Assembly: GCA_044892525.1 (NCBI GenBank)
Contig: CM097887.1
Location: forward strand, 24,056,001-24,120,000
Length of the DNA: 64,000 nucleotides
Origin: Schmidtea polychroa
Taxonomy: Eukaryota
Direction: 5' to 3'
Below the pieces are notes generated by a model that worked only from the letters and a program-made list of their open reading frames with translations, had not been told where the DNA came from and did no database searches. How positions within the stretch are numbered: the first letter of the stretch is position 1; the number at the start of each line of letters is the position of its first letter. Made by a program: the position numbers and the translations under genes. This document shows positions 35,651 through 48,207 of this stretch, piece by piece.

Positions 35651-36280
35651 ATCATCTATGTCCGAGTTAAAAAGATCATTATTTGGCTGGGGATTTACAA
35701 GAGATTGAGAAGGGTTATGAGGAGTTTGAGAATTAGACTCATCTATTGGAAGGGGGTCAATGGTGTCATCAAGGTCACAGCTGTAGTGTGAGGTGTCAAG
35801 AATGTATTCAGAGCAAGAGGAGGACGAGGGGTTAGGCGAGAGATCAGAGTCATTGTCAATAGTATCATTTAATGGAGAGCGTTTAACATGGGGAAGGGCA
35901 GTGAGGGAATCATCAGTATTGTTCTCATAATTATTAATTTTATTTTTATTTTTATAAATAGAGTAGAGGGTTGTGTATTTACCCTTACGTATGATTTTTT
36001 AACAAAACAAGATTTTATTACTTTACTATTGTTATCGTTAAAAGTTGGAGGAAGGTTTTTAAGATCCTTGGGCTTATGGATGAAATCATTCGGGATAGGC
36101 TCAGAATAATGACGTTTCAAGGAAGTTCCAAGGTTTTTATTAGAAAGAGTTTGAGGTATAGTGTAAGTATTTCGATTGTCAGGTACATAATTAGCCATAT
36201 TCACAGGAGAAAGAAAGGTATCAGTTGTTTGTGAGTTTGGAGTTTGATTATAAACTAAGTTGTTTAAGGTAGGTTCAGAA

Positions 36281-37525
36281 CTAACGAGCTTTTCGCTGAA
36301 GGTGACAGTCTTTGAAGAGGCGAGTCGGCCGCAGGCCGGCGAGCTGCGTGTTTTGAGAAAGAGTGTGGTTAAATAAGTGATATTTAAACAAAGAAAAGTC
36401 TTTATTTAAAATAGATAGTTTATTCAAATTAATAAATTTTGATATATTTTGTATTATAATATTAATTAACTCACTAGAAAATCCATTAAAAGGGACTTCT
36501 GTGAAGTTTGTATTTTTATACTCCATAATTAATTTTTTAATGATATATTTAATTTTATTTTTAAAAAGTTTTTCATATTTATAATTAATTTGATTATCAC
36601 AATAATTATTCAAATTCTTATTTAACTTATCACTATTTTTAAATTTATCATTACAAGTTAAATTATCATTATCATGAGAGTCATAAGTATAATTATTAGA
36701 AGGTCTAAAATTATTAATACTATAATCTTTATAATAATTATTCAAATTCTTATTTAAGTTATCACTATTTTTAAATCTATCATTACAATTTAAATTATCA
36801 TTATCATGAGAGTCATAAGTGTAATTATTAGAAGGTTTAAAATTATTAATACTATAATCTCTATAATAATTTTGATTATGATTACCCTTTTTTAATAAGT
36901 GAATCTTTCGAGCTGGGCAAAAAGTTTTCCAAGAGGTGGCATATATATCGGGAGTTTCATTCACTTTAGCATTCTTCTCAGAATAGTATCTCTTAGGCAT
37001 ACGGTTCACTTCATTGTTACAGGTAAGAGAACTTCCATTATTGATCGGCTCCTTGTGATTAATTGTATCCGTTATTTTAGTACGTGCTGTGGCAAATGTG
37101 CCATATTGCTTGAGGATCATCCTAGCCGGGCAGTAAGATCTGATTTTCCTCGTTTCATATGGATCAGCAGGTGATTCGTCGGGTGGGGTCTCATCGGTTC
37201 TATATATATGTTTAGGATGCAATAAATTTACTTTATCGATTGGTTTATCTCTGGAAGAAGAGCCTCTCCCATGTGGATCTGAGGGGGCCGAAGGAGATCC
37301 GTGAGGTCGAATATCATCAGCTCTATTAAAAAGTTTAGATAGTAATAACAATAAGTTGTTCTTAATATTGTCTCCATTATTGGAGCTTCTTCCATCCAGG
37401 TAGGTATTATTATTCCTGGAATCCTCTGCAGATTTCTGCCCAGTGCTATGAATGATATATAGCAGAAATTCTGCTAAGCACTGGGAAACGGCGGGTAACG
37501 AATATAAAGGATTATTTTTGATCAT
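36281..37525 (-). CDS. Low-complexity Asn-rich 5' ORF of the NeSL-like element
   Basis: 414-aa frame with an internal ~44-aa tandem repeat. The start overlaps the 5' terminal hairpin, so it may not be the true start. Confidence 0.4.
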   Translation of the reverse strand: MIKNNPLYSLPAVSQCLAEFLLYIIHSTGQKSAEDSRNNNTYLDGRSSNNGDNIKNNLLLLLSKLFNRADDIRPHGSPSAPSDPHGRGSSSRDKPIDKVNLLHPKHIYRTDETPPDESPADPYETRKIRSYCPARMILKQYGTFATARTKITDTINHKEPINNGSSLTCNNEVNRMPKRYYSEKNAKVNETPDIYATSWKTFCPARKIHLLKKGNHNQNYYRDYSINNFKPSNNYTYDSHDNDNLNCNDRFKNSDNLNKNLNNYYKDYSINNFRPSNNYTYDSHDNDNLTCNDKFKNSDKLNKNLNNYCDNQINYKYEKLFKNKIKYIIKKLIMEYKNTNFTEVPFNGFSSELINIIIQNISKFINLNKLSILNKDFSLFKYHLFNHTLSQNTQLAGLRPTRLFKDCHLQRKAR

Positions 37526-37540
37526 AGAAAAAATTTTTTT

Positions 37541-37989
37541 GAGAGTTTATGATTGTAGAATATCGTTTTGTGTTGAGTTTAATATAATTGGGTGATTTTT
37601 TCTTCGATACTAAGAGTTGTCGACAGGTATGACTGAGTGACGTGAAATGCTAATGAACATGATGTAGAGTGCGGGTAATCTTATCGATGGTCGTTCCCTT
37701 GGACCAGGATCGGACCAAGTTACCTATGGGAATACGGGTAAGTCCTTCCGAGGCACCTTAGAACCTGAACCGTGAAGGAGTTAGGAGTAGTCTTAAGGCA
37801 GAGGCTCACCTGCTAACCTTTTCCGACCCGTGTGAGCAGTACCAACGTGGAACATCACCACGGGCTCATGCGTGGGAATATTCGGATGATCATTTGGAGT
37901 ATGCATGGGGAGTGTCTGAGCTAAAAGATGAGGTCTTGTATGTACGACGCTTATGTATGTATGGTTTTCTTCTCCCTCATACGCCAACA
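37541..37989 (+). repeat. A1 3' LTR, terminal 449 bp
   Basis: About 99% identical to 7353-7802, ends CCAACA and is followed by the TSD CATA. Confidence 0.9.
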
Positions 37990-38101
37990 CATATAATAAA
38001 ATATATCGCATGTTATTTAAATACTACAAAAATATGTATTATTTTAATACTACAAAAATATACAAAACACACTACCAAAATATACAAAACAAAATAGAAG
38101 T

Positions 38102-38587
38102 TCAAATCGGCTTGTTGGTAGAGCTGGTTAGCCCCGTCGTAGACGCTTGTACTGTTGCCGAATTGACCTGTCGTTCGTATTCGGTCAATCTGGCCTTCTT
38201 TAATTTCTCCGTGATGTTCCGCCCTAGCCGCTTTCGTTTAGGCTTACTTTCGGCGGCTGGGGGATATATCGCTGCCAGTTCGACGGTCAGCGGCCGTATT
38301 TGCCTTGTTACGGCTTCCTGTAGAAACTGCTCGTTTCGCTCGGTTTCGAGCGCGCGCACCTGTAATTTTAGGGCGCGAATCTCCATTTGGTCTTGGGCGG
38401 CTTGTGTCTGCAGTTGGAGAATCTGGGCTGTCTTCTTCTTCATTGCCTCGGGACTAAACCAGGTCCCTTCGAACTCCCGACACTTTCCTTTTAGTTTATC
38501 CACTCGAACTCGGAGTTCGTCGGCTTGTTTTTGAGCCTGCTCCCGATCTTTGCGCAGATTTTCCATTAATTTATACACTAAAACCAT
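38102..38587 (-). CDS. Coiled-coil protein with EGTWFSP motif and NLS; homologue of the A LTR gene, outside A1
   Basis: FEGTWFSPEAMKK versus YEGTWFSPPQMKE at 6498; PKRKR. Confidence 0.65.
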   Translation of the reverse strand: MVLVYKLMENLRKDREQAQKQADELRVRVDKLKGKCREFEGTWFSPEAMKKKTAQILQLQTQAAQDQMEIRALKLQVRALETERNEQFLQEAVTRQIRPLTVELAAIYPPAAESKPKRKRLGRNITEKLKKARLTEYERQVNSATVQASTTGLTSSTNKPI

Positions 38588-38816
38588 AAAGAGTTATTAA
38601 TTTCCTTCATATCAAACAGACTCAGAACGATCAATTAATAAAATTATTAATTAACAGTAGTGTTTTACCGCTACGACATTATTGTACTTGCTCAATCTAC
38701 TACATGAATTACAAAACCCAGAAAAGAATACTTTATTTAAATAATACACACTAGGTGCTTTCTAAGATTTAATCAGTAAACGAACGATAAATGAGATGTT
38801 AATTGTAATCTAATAA

Positions 38817-39182
38817 TCATGCTTGGCGTTTGCGGGGCCTCCCTCTCTTTCGTGGGGTTGTCTCGGCTTCTTCGAGTTCCTCCAGGGATACTCCCTCTCT
38901 CTTGACCCGAATTTGTAATTCGATTTTCTTAAGCCGGGTCTGAGCGGCTTCTACATCACTGGCCGCTTGATCGCGGGCCTCCCGTAACGTGTTGTTTTCC
39001 GGCTCCGTTTTCACCCACGCCGGGGCATCGGGTTCCGGGCCACTTCGGATAACTGGGCCGAAGTTATCAAGATCCAATCCACGATTCCAATCGTGGATGG
39101 GGTACCAAATGTACCGCGTACTGAGCCGGGTGACCATTTGCCGGTGGGTTTCCTCGTCACTGAAATCGTCTGATTGGGACAT
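38817..39182 (-). CDS. Small acidic protein ending in an AT-hook
   Basis: C-terminus PRKRGRPRKRQA; GC-rich open frame. Confidence 0.6.
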   Translation of the reverse strand: MSQSDDFSDEETHRQMVTRLSTRYIWYPIHDWNRGLDLDNFGPVIRSGPEPDAPAWVKTEPENNTLREARDQAASDVEAAQTRLKKIELQIRVKREGVSLEELEEAETTPRKRGRPRKRQA

Positions 39183-40519
39183 GCCTGCAGTATAAATATT
39201 AAGACCCGAGCATAACCAATGTGACTTATAAATTGACGTCCGATAAAATATACAGAAATTTTCTTGTTTAAAATAAATAATACTTTAACTACCAAATTTA
39301 TTATAATTAATATAAATACTTCTAACATAAAATTTTCGATTTAATTTATTATTATACTTTTTAATTAGTTAAAATTAAAGAAGAATTTTTTCAAAGTTAA
39401 GCATTAAGGCTAGAAAAATCTATGCCTCGACCGACAATTTCCAAAAAATTTGTTTTGTTTTAAATTATTATTTTAATCATTCAGCATTTATTTACCACTA
39501 GTTGGTAATTTGAATTTTTATAAACTGAAATTTTAGAATTTTTAGATAATTTTAGGTAAATATGAACATTTCCACTAAATGCGGGTACACCAGGCGAAGG
39601 GTACTAGTGACGAGCTCAGTCTCTCACTCAATTACTCTTCCTCTGATTGTACTCGTTATAGGTGGGATCATCATCCTTTATATTTCAAGGTAATTATGCA
39701 TTTATCATGGATTTCAATTTAGGTACAATTTGATGATTATTTTTCCCAGCTAGAGATCTCGAGGTTCAGCTTCTGGAACTCGCCCTACGATTCTTGGTCA
39801 GGATTTATTTTTATTTTTATTTTTTAATTATTTTTCGTTAATTTTACGTCCATGATGGATTTGGAACGGTTCCAGAACATTCCATGTTAATTTTAATTTA
39901 ATTTTTATTTTAACTGATGTTTTCTGAATTTCTTTTTAAGATTTTTTATTTTTATTACTAATTTATTTATTTTCTCTTACTTTTATTGTTCTAGATGGCT
40001 TTTGTGATGGTCATCGCCATTTTTATGGAATGTTCTGGGTTTTTCTGGAATTTTTTACTGTTTTTATCGTCTTTTAAGTTATCCGAGTCTGTTTTTTGTA
40101 ACTCTATGTTTATTTGGTTATTTTTGAGTTCGATTTTGCATAACTTCTTGCTTTTGGTATAATTTTATTTAATTTCTGTGTTTATTATTTTGTTGTTTTC
40201 TCCTTTAATTACCATTGTTTATTTGGTGTATTTTTAATATTTAACTATACTTTTTGCTTTTTTGCGTGTTATGTACCTACACATTTCAGTCACAATTAGA
40301 AGTTTGAGTCTAGAAATCAGTTCTAGCCCAACACAATATAAAAATTTCTCACAAAATTCTCACAATAGTTAAACGCTTGTCTGATTAATTTTTATATTAT
40401 TACATACATATTATTACAAGCGTTTAACTATTGAAAGAAATGTGAAAACTATAACGAGTTTTCAATAAAAAGTTTTAATAAATCAATATAAAGATTTTTT
40501 AAAAAATATATATTAAATC

Positions 40520-42430
40520 ACTAAGTTAATCGGATAAAATAACATCAATTTCAATTCCGATTTCTCTAACAAAAATGTTACCATCTGATTCATCGTCAAA
40601 CTCAGGACTCAAACCACCAAAAAGTGGTCCAATCTCTTCATGAGCAAATACCTGACCAACATCAGTTTCATCAAATCCTAAATAATGACCATATGCCAAC
40701 TGGTATTAGGCCCCACCCATAGTCTCTTGTCATCGTTGTTCGACAAGGCTATTTTGTTATTCTTAAAAGTAAAGAGCTGGTGATTTCTTGTACCTATTTT
40801 CGCCTGTGTCACCGTATATACTACGCTGCTGTTGTAGCAGTCTAAATAAGACTGGTGCCTTATCTCTATATTACCTAGCTGAACTTCCTTAGCCCTAAGC
40901 ATTGACTTATCTCCTAACAAACTATAACACTTAGGGTGCAAGAAAACCCACTCTTTATAACCCAGCCCTTTACTTTCGTCCTTAAATTTTCCTATCACAG
41001 AATCCAAATTCTTTGAATACAAAGGATCAGCAGGATCATAATTGCTTGTATCTAAAAGACGGTCTCTTATCATTGCCGGCAAAAGAGTGTCAAGCCCTCA
41101 GTGCTTTATCCTAAGAAAAAGGAGTCGGTGTCGTAAGCAACGATATTTATATCACAGTTAAACTCTAAACGATATTTTGCCAATTCTATATACTATAACT
41201 GGTACATCCTCAGTTTAGACAGGTCTAGCACAGATTGGCCAATGTAGCTAGGCTTGTCTAAACATAAAGAATCCTTATTTAGATGTTCAGCAATCAAGTC
41301 ATCATCAATTTTGATAGATTTCTTGAAAGTCGGCTTTGAAGCATATACAATCATCTTTTCAGCTATATTGCATAGACTCAAATTCATTCGTTTTTAAGGT
41401 TTTCTACAGATTTCCCATACAGACTATTATTAAATAATTTATATAAATCTCTGTACAGCTTACATGTAGAATTTGAGCGCAAATTAGTGTTGGTATCTAT
41501 ATACTCTTTAAAAATGGGTGCATGCGTAAATTTAATTGCCCTATGTACATTATTAATAATAGCCCCCCCCCCCCCCCACCCAATTCTATATACAACTCGA
41601 GAAGCCTCCAATGAAGAACATGGTTCTTCGGCCATTGCGTTAGCATCAGCTTCTCAACTTTCGACTTTGGTAGGCACATCTTTTCCGGAGCAATCGGAAA
41701 TCATTTAATAAATCATGCAAACAATCAGGGATATCAATATCGACTTCCATAGTATACTCATATGATAGGATTTCAATATCCTCATTCAAACATTTATTCA
41801 AGACAGAATCAAGATACACCCATTCAAAGTCAGCATACGGATGCTTTTGGCTTAAGCCCCAACAATACAAGTTGTTTATATCAATGTACAAGAGTTATGT
41901 GACTTCAGAACTTGCAACATAATGTCCTGCAAAAGATCAATGGGTTCCGTTAATGTTATAAGCGCTGAGGGCCATGACATACCGGGAATTCCATAGAAAT
42001 TAAGAGGCTCCAGACGATTGTAAGCAATTACCTTATCACGGAATTTCTGAAAATAATCTGCGAGGAGAAACACGTTTAATTTGAGGTATGTTAACATGTA
42101 ATCTAACATATTGTTGCAATTTTGCTGAGTCCAAATAACTTGGGCTAATACATACTCATCATCAGACACCGAATCCCAGATAGGACTCAAGAGCCGATTC
42201 CAGAACCTCAAGTGATATAGCAAAGTCATAAGGAAAGATACCCTTGGCTCGAACAATTGCGCCATCAAAAACAGAAGTTAAAGGCAGATCGGAAAGAATC
42301 TTAACCGCTTTTGCTAAAGATGAATTAAAAAACTGCATGCTGTCAATAAAACGGACAGGCAATTTGTTAATATACGCGATGAGAGAGATGAATTTTTCTG
42401 TAGTGGTCGGAATAATATTTAATTCCCAAG
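40520..42430 (-). pseudogene. Protein-primed family B DNA polymerase (Polinton/adintovirus type), decayed and truncated by A2
   Basis: EKFIS..RFIDS, KGIFPYD, YIDINNLY, KLFNNSLYGK, KPSYIGQSVLDLSK, GKFKDE, LAYGHY across several frames. Confidence 0.88.
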
Positions 42431-43145
42431 TGTTGGGCCAAGTTTTGAAAGTGTTGAAAATCTAGTCAAGGGTGAGAAAGGGACCACACAAAAGAATAGA
42501 ATAGGATAAAAATAAATTTTACAGAAAACCGCAGAAAAATATAGGAATAGATAAATCAAATAACAATAAAAGAAACAGGAATAACTAATAAAATAATAAA
42601 ACTTTTAAGACGGAAAATAGGACAGAAAGGAAACTACCCAATACGCATAACAATAAAAGGAAAATAAAATAGCAAAAATTTAAGAAAATAAACGAGAAAT
42701 TAAAGAAATAAAATAAAAATAAAACCATTCCTAAATAAATGTGTAGGCTAATTAAAACAAAAACTTATATCGCAACAAAATGGCAATAAATCCATAGGAA
42801 AACAAGAGAAAAACAATAAAAATTAAGAAAATAATAAAATAATAATAAAAAATAAGTAAGGTCGTTAAAATCCATTATATTATAATGAAAAACATAAAAA
42901 TAATAATAAATAATAAAATTACAAACTAATCGTGTCCTGATTGGACGAAAAATAATATATAAGGAACGGGAAATATCTGTAGAGTACGACTTTAACAAAT
43001 TCTCTATAGGTAAAAAATTTTTTGCATTTGACCACTTTAACAAATTCTCTACAGGGAACTACGTTCAAGCCACTATTACAGAACTACGAGCATAGATAGC
43101 AGAATACCACGCATAACTAAAACTTACAAATTAACGAGTTCAACT

Positions 43146-43952
43146 TGTTGAGTTTTTATTTGTAAGTCGGTCCTTTCTCTGACTCCTCGTGTTCTTATTT
43201 TACCAAATCAATGAAAACTCAACACAAAATAACTTTATTTGATTTTTATCACAATTACAATTCGTCACTATTTGCACCTTTCTCTCAATTCAAATTTATT
43301 TCGTTAAGGTATAGAACCCAAGGGGCAATTACCTTTTCTTGTACGAGTCTAGCTTCTTTATAATTCACAAATTTCCTCTTTTGACTTGTCCTTGCTGGAT
43401 TTTCTGTTTAGCTTTTTCCTTTTTCTCTTCGACCAAATGGCGGCTTGCTCATTTCTAAGCTCTCCTTTTATACTGTGTCTAAGAGGCCAATTATCTAGCA
43501 AATTCAAATTAATTGTTTCCCCGGGCACCCTAAGTAAATTTTGAAAGGTTTGACAATTATTTTAATTTGTTTACCCTGAAATTATAAACCGAATTATTAT
43601 TACCTTATCTGGTGTCTCGGGTCTCACTGCGCATCAGGTTTTCTTCAGTGCTCGGGTTTCCCATGGGCTCGGGCTTTCCATTGGCTCGGGCTTTCCATTA
43701 CAGATTAATTAATTTTAATTAATTTGTTTTTCCTTATTAACTTTTTCTATGATCACCCTATTACATTTTTATTATGCTTTCTAACCTCGTCTAACAATTT
43801 GGCATTCAACCATACTCGATACCCCCGTTCAATATTGATTTTTAATTTTCATTAAATTTTAATTAATTTTGCACTTATATTGATTTTACCAATTTTTGTT
43901 CTGCTTTCTAATACCATGTGAAATTTATTTTGTTTTTGCTCTAACCCCAACA
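43146..43952 (-). mobile_element. Solo LTR inserted in the A2 LTR
   Basis: TGTTG...CAACA termini; 4-bp TSD AACT at 43142-43145 and 43953-43956. Confidence 0.8.
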
Positions 43953-45239
43953 AACTACAGAGGTCTAACCAAGCCACAGAAAAACCGATTCGATTTAAGA
44001 TTTGAACGCTTTGATTTTTCAACACTTTCATAGAAATTTTGGTAAGTTATGTTGAATTATGAATGTTCAATTTTTATTATGTTATGATTTTGATATATAA
44101 CAATGAATGATAAGGCCAAATATTTTATTTCAATAAAAGTTTTAATTAAAAAGATGTTACTCTTTCTCTATGGTGCTGGCGATGATGTCGTCTGGAGATC
44201 GGATATGATGCGGCCGAATTATGAAGGGATTGCGAAGAGAATGCATGGGTGCGAATGCCAGGATATGAGGAGCTTGAATTATTAGAGCCAACCGAAGATT
44301 CATATGAAATGGAGTATTATACGGTTCGAATATTAGAGGTACAATGAGTATCATCATGAGGCATCATATCCGAAATTCAAACGGCGTGGTCGCCAGGTAA
44401 ACATTTATTTATTTACTTGCATTATTATTCCATATTTGTCTGATGATGAATGAGGTGGAGCATTTTTCACATTTATTGATAAATATTTTATATCAGCGTT
44501 GGTCGATTTGTCCTTCGAGACGGTCCAAGGGTAGTGGGCAGAAATGCGTACTATCCTTGGGTGTGTCGCGAGGGGTGAAGAAACCCGGTGAGGAAGAGAA
44601 ATTTCCGTTCATGATCCTTTCATCGAGTGCGATCTCAAAAATCACTTTCGGCATTGAAAAACTTTCTATGCGGAAATTCAGATCACTTCGTTTCGATATC
44701 AATGACCAATTGAATGAATACCCTACGGGAAGAGAGATTGACATCCTTTTCAACGCTTCAGCTAAGCCTTGAGGTTGTTAGGCACGAATCTTGAGCCAAT
44801 GTTTCTTCTAGAGGAGCGCGACGGTCGAGGCAGACATCTGATGGATATTAGTGCTGAGTTAGGTGATTTACTCCAAAAATCTTTCTATTTTCGCGACGAA
44901 TAACCGAATGTGAGATTGAGATTTCTCCTGTCAGTACTTCCAAAGAGGAGGACGTTGGCTATTAGATCCATCGTTTGTGGACTCATAGTCTAGATTGTCG
45001 ATTTTTGGTTTACCGCTATCAGCGATAAATATTCAACCTGTCAGCAATGTAAACATCGTACGATAGCTAATCAAATTTCTTACGATAGTCTTGAATTAAT
45101 GATCTAAGTTGGATGTAATCCATTCGCACACCGACACCACGATAGCCTGTTATCCTCGAGTATAGAATATTTTTTGTGATTACTCAACCAAGTAGAAGCG
45201 TAATAAATAACTAGATGCATGCTCACACACTATTACCTG

Positions 45240-45965
45240 TGTTGGCGTATGTGGGGAGACCAGAAAAATTTATCACCAGGCGTACAATCAAGTTCATTCG
45301 ACTGAGACCCTTCCCTAACATACTCCTAATGACTTTAATGATATTCCCTCATGTGATCCCGTGGCGATGTTCCACGTTGGTGATGCCCACACGGGTTGGA
45401 GTTGGTTAACAGGTGAGCCCCTGCCTTAGGACTACTGTTAACCCACTCGCGATTCGGGTTCCAAGGTGCCTTAGAAGGTCATACCCATCTTCGTACGCAT
45501 AACTCGGTCCGACCCTGGTCCAAGGGGACGACCTTTAATCTAATTACATTCATTCAACATCACCCTTTCATTCACACTAACCACATAATCATACATATCG
45601 AAAGTAATCACAATGAACAATAAAAAAAATAGAAGACAATAAGCAAAATTAAATCACAACATTGATTATAACCACGGAATTTGAACAAGTTAAAATATAC
45701 AGTGCTGTCAGTTCTTCAAAAATTCGATTTGCAATTCGAAGGAAAGAATCGAGACCGATTGTAAGTCACTTTACACGAAGCCTTCTCCTTCGGCAATCAT
45801 CTCATCGATGTCGACAGGTAGCCGGCAGTCCGATATAAATTTGATGCCTTCGGCCGGAACTATTCGAAAGAGTTCTTTCGAGGGGATAGAGTGGGTGGAA
45901 GAGATTTCTTTGATTGTGGATTGCGCCGCAGACAACGACGCTTCGAGTGCTGCCATTGCGTCTCT
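45240..45965 (-). repeat. Inverted fragment of the A-family LTR 3' end within A2
   Basis: Reverse-complement homologue of A1 ~7050-7802, joined directly to the RING 3' half. Confidence 0.8.
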
Positions 45966-45978
45966 ACGTTTCTGGTCA

Positions 45979-46263
45979 ATCCACTACCAATGGTTTCAGC
46001 AACGTCTCGACGATCCTGACTTAAATACCGAATATATAAAAGTACGCGAACAAGTGAAAACTCTGTCGAGGAGAATACGAATCTTGATCGAAGAGAAAGC
46101 AGCAGCATTGAGAACTTGTAACATCTGTAAGATGCGACCCGGCAGAATTCTGATCTTACCTTGCGGGCACCTCAGTCATTGCGACGAATGCGTAGCCGCC
46201 TTAACTCATTGCTCTTTATGTGCATGTGTGATAAAAGAGAAGCACACTGTTTATTTCAATTAG
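45979..46263 (+). pseudogene. A2 RING gene, 3' half (open; 5' half lost at the rearrangement)
   Basis: HYQWFQQRLDDP...CNICKMRPGRILILPCGHLSHCDECVAALTHCSLC. Confidence 0.8.
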
Positions 46264-46854
46264 CACGCGATCGTCACTCGGTGAAAGAATTGGTGTATTT
46301 AACAATTAGACTGAAACATTTTATTTTATCGATGTGTTAACATTTTAATGATAATATCGTATATCGTATATAGCGTGAGCTGAATAATGAATAAAATATT
46401 TTTGTCTGTTTATCTCATTGTGTGAAGCTATAATTCGGTCTATGATGAATCTTATTAATTTTATTATAATTTTTCACCATGGAGAAAGAGTATCTAAAAA
46501 TTTAAATTATTTACATAAAGTGGAACTAGTCCCAACATAGGGTTAAAGGGGAAAAACCGAGCCACCTTCGGGAGGTACGATATATGAAAACCGTTTGGGA
46601 GGGGATAACCGATCACCCCGAGTAAGAAATGTGAGGCGAGGTACCATCGCGGATATTGAAAAGTTTCTACGGCATGACTGATCACCATGCCAATGTAGAA
46701 ATGGATCAATGCGATCGTTTTGCGTTTTGAGCAAGGGGGGAAAGGGGAAAACACTCTCAAGCGGTAAAGATTAGGTCGACAATTAAAAGTAAAAGTGGAG
46801 AAAATGAGAATTTGGAGTAAAAGAAGAGAAGGAGAAGCAGAAGCATGCAGATTC

Positions 46855-47095
46855 AGAGATATTAAGGCCGAGCTGTTGAAGAGTCAAGCCGGTCAGGGAA
46901 ATTAAGACTGAGCTGTGAAAAGTCCAGCCAGTCCGGAGATATTAAGGCCGAGCTGTTGAAGAGTCCAGCCGGTCAGGGAAATTAAGACTGAGTTGTGAAG
47001 AGTCCAGCCAGTCCGGAGATATTAAGGCCGAGTTGTGAGAAGTCCAGCCGGTCAGGATAATGAAGATTGAGCTGTTGAAAGTGCCAGCCAGTCGT
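46855..47095 (+). repeat. Tandem ~39/78-bp repeats in the A2 leader
   Basis: Repeats of attaaggccgagctgttgaagagtccagccggtcagggaa; fewer copies at A1 ~9310-9430. Confidence 0.85.
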
Positions 47096-48207
47096 AAAGG
47101 CCTAGAAATTACAGTGAGATAAAATATTAAAGCTAGCTAGAAAACGAAATTAAGGGAAACGAATTGAAACTAGATACGGGAATTTGAATTTAGAGAAGAA
47201 TAAACGAGCTCGTAATAATTGATAATAGAATTTCATGGAGAAAAAGAAACAAGAAAGGAAAATGAATTAAAAAGATAGTAAAATAAAGAATAAGTGAGAA
47301 TAAAGAATTAACAAGGAAGAAAATAATTAAATAATTAAAGGGGATCCCAGTTAAGTAGACAAAGCTCTACAGAATTTTTTGGTTTAAACCGGGAAAACGA
47401 ATTTTGTTTTTGGCTCTAGAGTAGAACCAAGTGGAGGGAACAGATACGAAGGAATAAGCGAAACAGCGAAAACCGCGCAAAAGGATTAAGAAAATGAGGG
47501 GGGTAATAAGCAGTAACCGACAACGACCTATTTATACTATAAATGATAACTATAGATAATTTATACGACCATATAGATAATTGTTACTACCCCAAATAGA
47601 TAATTTAAAATAGACAAGAAATATGGGTTGATGGGTAATTATAATCCACGAAGATTGTATGGGGAAAAGAAGAGAAGCATAACAGAGGCCCTAAACGGTG
47701 TCTGTGCTTGAATTTTGCAAAAGGGAATGATTGATTCGTGTAAGCAAATGCAACACGATATCATTTTTTCATTGTAGATACCAATCCAACCAAGTCAATC
47801 CAGAACCAACTCAGAAGGAATCCAAAGACGATCGATAAGCAATCCAGTTAAGGAAATTCAGAACCTGCGCAGGAAGAATTCGGAGAAACACGACAATCTA
47901 GCAGAACAAACCAAGTCAGAACCCGCTCAAAGTAAAGAAGAACCCAGAGAAGACAAAGAGACAGCACAGGAGAATCACTGCCGACCCAAGAACGCTCAGA
48001 TCATCAAGTAATCAAGGTGAACTTTTATATAATTTAGACCAACTCGAGAAACTTAGAAGATCACGATCATCACGCTTTGCAAGAGGATCATCCCAAGGAT
48101 CAAGGAAATCAAGGAAAAATCAAATAGAAGATAAGGAGAACCCGATATCGGAAAATATATTAAATCGATCGAGAAGTAAAGACGACCTAACAGATATAAC
48201 AAATAGT

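Larger units (their letters stand above)
29827..37540 (-). mobile_element. NeSL/R2-superclade non-LTR retrotransposon
   Basis: Zn fingers, Ulp1-like domain, RT (YADD), CCHC and restriction-like endonuclease (KPDL...DIKVPFD). Long 3' UTR with a ~290-bp duplication. Confidence 0.9.
4814..37989 (+). mobile_element. Giant Gypsy-type LTR retroelement, copy A1 (pol-less, cargo-bearing), with nested insertions
   Basis: Begins TGTTGG at 4814 and ends CCAACA at 37989. The 4-bp TSD CATA is at 4810-4813 and 37990-37993. LTR start is repeated at 24995, LTR end at 37541-37989, and a PBS follows the 5' LTR. Confidence 0.9.

Noticed and set aside
43610-43630. TGGTGTCTCGGG as a PBS for A2
   Set aside because: Lies inside the TSD-bounded solo LTR and is not preceded by an LTR end.
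45808-45978. N-terminal part of the 151-aa RING ORF
   Set aside because: It is the antisense of the inverted LTR gene, fused by the rearrangement; only the part from 45979 is RING-gene sequence.
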